Shown one piece after another: positions 60,502-64,000 of a stretch of 64,000 nt of DNA. Source of the DNA: Hormiphora californensis (lineage: Eukaryota > Animalia > Ctenophora); NCBI GenBank assembly GCA_020137815.1, contig CM035358.1, positions 186,001 through 250,000 on the forward strand, in the 5' to 3' direction. The notes under the pieces were generated by a model. The model saw only the letters and a list, made by a program, of their open reading frames with translations. It had not been told where the DNA came from and ran no database searches. The position numbers and the translations under genes were made by a program. Positions within the stretch are counted from its first letter, which is position 1; every line of letters starts with the position of its first letter.

Positions 60502-61876
60502 ATGTCCGAAAGTCGGCAAACCCTTGTGGAAGCTGGAGAAACAGTTAATTATGAGACCTCGCCGGGAGTCGAAGTATTAGGAAGCTTTGATAGCATTGGA
60601 CTTCGACAAGACCTTATGAGAGGTATCTACGCCTACGGATTTGAGAAGCCTAGTGCCATTCAACAACGTGCTATTCGGCCCATGGTTAAGGGGAGAGACG
60701 TGATTGCACAGGCCCAGAGTGGAACTGGGAAAACAGCAACATTCTCCATTTCTGCACTCCAGTCTGTTGATATCCAGTTGCGAGAACCCCAGATCATTGT
60801 TCTTTCTCCTACCCGAGAACTGGCTGTCCAGATTCAGAAAGTTATGCTGGCTCTTGGTGATTACATGAGTGTCCAATGCCATGCGTGCATCGGCGGCACA
60901 AGCATTGGTGAGGACATCCGAAAATTGGATTACGGGCAACATATTGTGAGTGGAACACCTGGTCGAGTTTTTGACATGATCAAACGGAGAAACCTCCGAA
61001 CCCGAAGTGTAAAGATGTTTATCCTTGACGAGGCAGACGAGATGCTTAACAAGGGCTTCAAAGAGCAGATCTACGACGTGTACCGGTACCTACCTCCCAC
61101 CTCGCAGGTATGCCTGGTTTCTGCAACACTCCCACATGACGTACTGGAGCTTACCACCAAATTCATGACAGATCCTGTTAGGGTGCTAGTAAAACGTGAC
61201 GAGTTGACCCTTGATGGAATTAAGCAGTTCTTTGTAGCAGTTGAAAGAGAAGAGTGGAAGTTTGACACACTTTGTGACCTCTATGATACCCTAACCATAA
61301 CACAAGCTGTTATCTTCTGTAATACTAAGAGGAAGGTGGACTGGCTGACTGAGAAGATGAGAGAGAGTAACTTCACTGTGAGCTCAATTCACGGGGATAT
61401 GCCACAGCAAGAGAGAAACGCCATTATGGATGAGTTTAGAGGTGGCAAGAGTCGTGTCCTTATCTGCACTGATGTTTGGGCCCGAGGTATTGATGTTCAG
61501 AACGTCTCTCTCGTAATCAACTATGACCTTCCCCCAAATCGTGAACTGTACATCCACAGGTAAAACAACTGTGTATAATGTTTAAATACATGTAAGAATG
61601 TGTGTCTTTAAACTCCATGTGCATTTGAAACTGCCCACCTGGCTAAATTCAGGTCCCAGTTACTGGGCCCTTATTGTGTTATATCTTACTCGTATTCATT
61701 TCAATCTCCTCACATGTATACCCTCCCTCAGGATCGGTCGATCAGGAAGGTATGGAAGGAAAGGTGTTGCCATTAACTTCGTTAAGAACGACGACGTCCG
61801 TATTCTGCGTGATATCGAGCAGTACTATTCTACACAAATCGATGAGATGCCAATGAATGTTGCAGATTTGATTTAG
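60502..61876 (+). CDS. EIF4A3: Eukaryotic initiation factor 4A-III (exon junction complex DEAD-box helicase), 400 aa
   Basis: Exons 60502-61559 and 61732-61876; [33 protein letters not shown]; eIF4A3-type [20 protein letters not shown] and [11 protein letters not shown]-terminus. Confidence 0.97.
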
Positions 61877-62150
61877 GCACATGAAACATTAAACAAATGT
61901 AACAGGCCAGGCTACCACTGTCTTAGTGACAGGCGACAGCACATTTTGACAAGGAGCTGTGTGAGCTAACAGACTATTATTTTATTTCTTTATTGCTACA
62001 AAGTCGCTAGACCCAAAATTAATGTTTTCAAAAGATCTAATATGTTTTACTGTACATCCGTAATGAATCATCCCTTCCCCTCCCCCTACCCGACACATTT
62101 TTTATCAATTCCACACATTACCTACAGCATATATCCTATGTAGATCAAGT

Positions 62151-62523
62151 ATGGCAGAGCTGGCTACATTCAAAGAATTTCTTCAGAACTACATCCGCTG
62201 TACAGATGAATGTTTTCGTGCTTGCGTCAACGATTTCTCTAGCAGGGAGGTAATACCTTTTCAATCGTGAATTATTAACTTTGTGACATGTGAAGGTAAT
62301 CATACAGTGAACACTGAATTCTGTTGTGAACTCTGTTGTGAAATCTTTTGTAAACTCTGTTGTGAACTCTGTTGTTTTAACTATTGTTTTCCAGGTCGGG
62401 GAAAAAGAAGATAAATGTACGACTAACTGCACTGATAAATATTTGAAAATTAACGCCCGATTGTTGACAAGAGTACAGGAGCACAATGAAATGCTTATAT
62501 CTGCCCAAAGAACTGGCAAGTGA
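62151..62523 (+). CDS. TIMM9: Mitochondrial import inner membrane translocase subunit Tim9 (twin CX3C), 75 aa
   Basis: Exons 62151-62249 and 62395-62523: MAELATFKEFLQNYIRCTDECFRACVNDFSSRE/VGEKEDKCTTNCTDKYLKINARL... Confidence 0.88.
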
Positions 62524-62671
62524 GACAGACTACATAAAGACATTTCCAAATTCTTGACTGTCTTCTCGGCAACTGTGTAATACCAACAACTGTGATGTCG
62601 CTGAGTTGGGGAACCAATCAGTTTTTAAAACTTGCCCATTTTCTCGCTTTGTTTTTTTTAATTTTATACTC

Positions 62672-63632
62672 CGTCACCTTCAAGTTAAAAGGGTATATTA
62701 TATCTCTAGAAACATGGTTTTGAGATAATCAACAAAAACCGTTTTATGCCAAAAAATACGGAGTTTTGAAAAGATACAATACAATTATAATTTATATCCC
62801 GCTTTTGGGCCTATAATGCATTGTTAGTGCTAGGAGGACGCCGTTTCAATCAGTCGATTGAAGTAACGCACCCACCACTAACAAGCCTTCTAAAGATATT
62901 CCTGTCATTTTTGTTAGTGATCTGGATGTGTTAGGCGATGAAGTAAAAACTATCTGACATTCATAAAAATGCAGATATACCCTGCCCGGGTGAATGAATT
63001 CACCCGGATAGCTTAGCAGAATTCGAAAATGACATTTTGGTATAGAGGTGGTGGTAGAGGGAAATTTTTGGTCACACTTTTGTTGCGAGGGACAACAATG
63101 TACACCCGGTCTTAGCAACTGAGCCGTGCACACAGCGACAATGTGCTCCTTTTTAATGACACAATTTCATGAACGTGGTGTGTGCACAGCACTGACCAAA
63201 ACATGAAAACGTGCTGCCGCGTGTTTCGTGTGTTACATACACATTGTCATCTTGAGAGTGATGGAGGTTAGATAGTTAATTAGTTAGGTTAGGATGTCGG
63301 AAGCCAGTTAGCAAGTGATTGTAAAGGAGCAGTTGCGTAGCAGGTATGGGTGGACATTTAATTATCCCTCTACCGATTTACTAGGTATTCAAATATGTCT
63401 TTTTCGAATTCTAACCCTACTTTGCTTTTTTGTAAAGCAAAGGAAAAATAAGTCAAAAGGGCATTTATAAGTCAAGATATACCCTTTCTGTAAATCCAAA
63501 ATTTTTTGAATTTTACTTAGATCGATCCCATATTTTGGGCATAGTTTACACATGGAACAAGGACTCCAAACAACATGTAACATTAAGAAGGGTATATCTT
63601 AACTTAAATACCCTTTTAACTTGAAAGTGACG
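62672..63632. mobile_element. TIR element
   Basis: cgtcaccttcaagttaaaagggtat / atacccttttaacttgaaagtgacg. Confidence 0.6.
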
Positions 63633-63869
63633 ACCCCATATTTACATTTTCCCCACATCCCCCTTTTCATACGAGAGATAAAGAGTGTAAATGTACACAT
63701 TATCTCTAGATTATAAAGAGTCATTTAATAACTACATACTCACTTTCAACCTACAAACCCCACTGTATGTACCCATCACCACCGATATTGTTGCTAGGGA
63801 CTTACTATAACCTGGCTAGTTGCTTTATACTGTCCCAAATGCGATATATGGCACCATCTTTCTTTGCTA

Positions 63870-64000
63870 AAGTCGAATTTTTTAATCAAGGGACAGGGGG
63901 CCGCGCATTCAGAGAGGTCGCGCGGCGTTGTATTTGCGCGTGACAATCGAGATCAAGTTCCTGATAATCTTAAGACTTGAACCCGGAAGCGTTGGAAAGA
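63870..64000. mobile_element. Left part of a MITE of the 558-808 family
   Basis: ta-aagtcgaattttttaatcaagggacagggg; cut by the window end. Confidence 0.85.

Noticed and set aside
60502-61563. Single-exon 353-aa helicase ORF as a truncated gene or retrocopy
   Set aside because: A 172-bp GT-AG intron (61560-61731) restores HRIGRSGR and the full C-terminus.

Overview
This is eukaryotic (animal) nuclear DNA, not prokaryotic: it has GT-AG introns, long microsatellites and very dense, often nested foldback elements and MITEs. The repeat repertoire and gene style suggest a cydippid ctenophore (Pleurobrachia/Hormiphora-like), but that is my inference and is unverified. Host genes: the first coding exon of SEC22 (- strand, 6092-6160); a 16-exon, phase-consistent + strand gene (20684-43427) encoding a Sushi/EGF/Laminin-G type I membrane protein with a Crumbs cytoplasmic tail (DTYSPxxxE...ERLI-stop); eIF4A3 (60502-61876); and Tim9 (62151-62523) only 274 bp downstream. 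Mobile DNA: a 3.8 kb mini-Polinton/Maverick (AGTAGT ends, about 700 bp TIRs, 6-bp TSD) carrying an adenain-type protease and two orphan ORFs, inserted into an ORF1-only LINE-like element; fragmented CRE-type RLE retrotransposons; CR1 and L2-type LINEs; a Merlin element; a Penelope-like inverted repeat with a hammerhead core; a 79/23-bp micro-element with 8-bp TSDs; and dozens of MITEs. Most ORFs in the supplied track are artefacts of repeats. All exon and TSD calls were read by eye.
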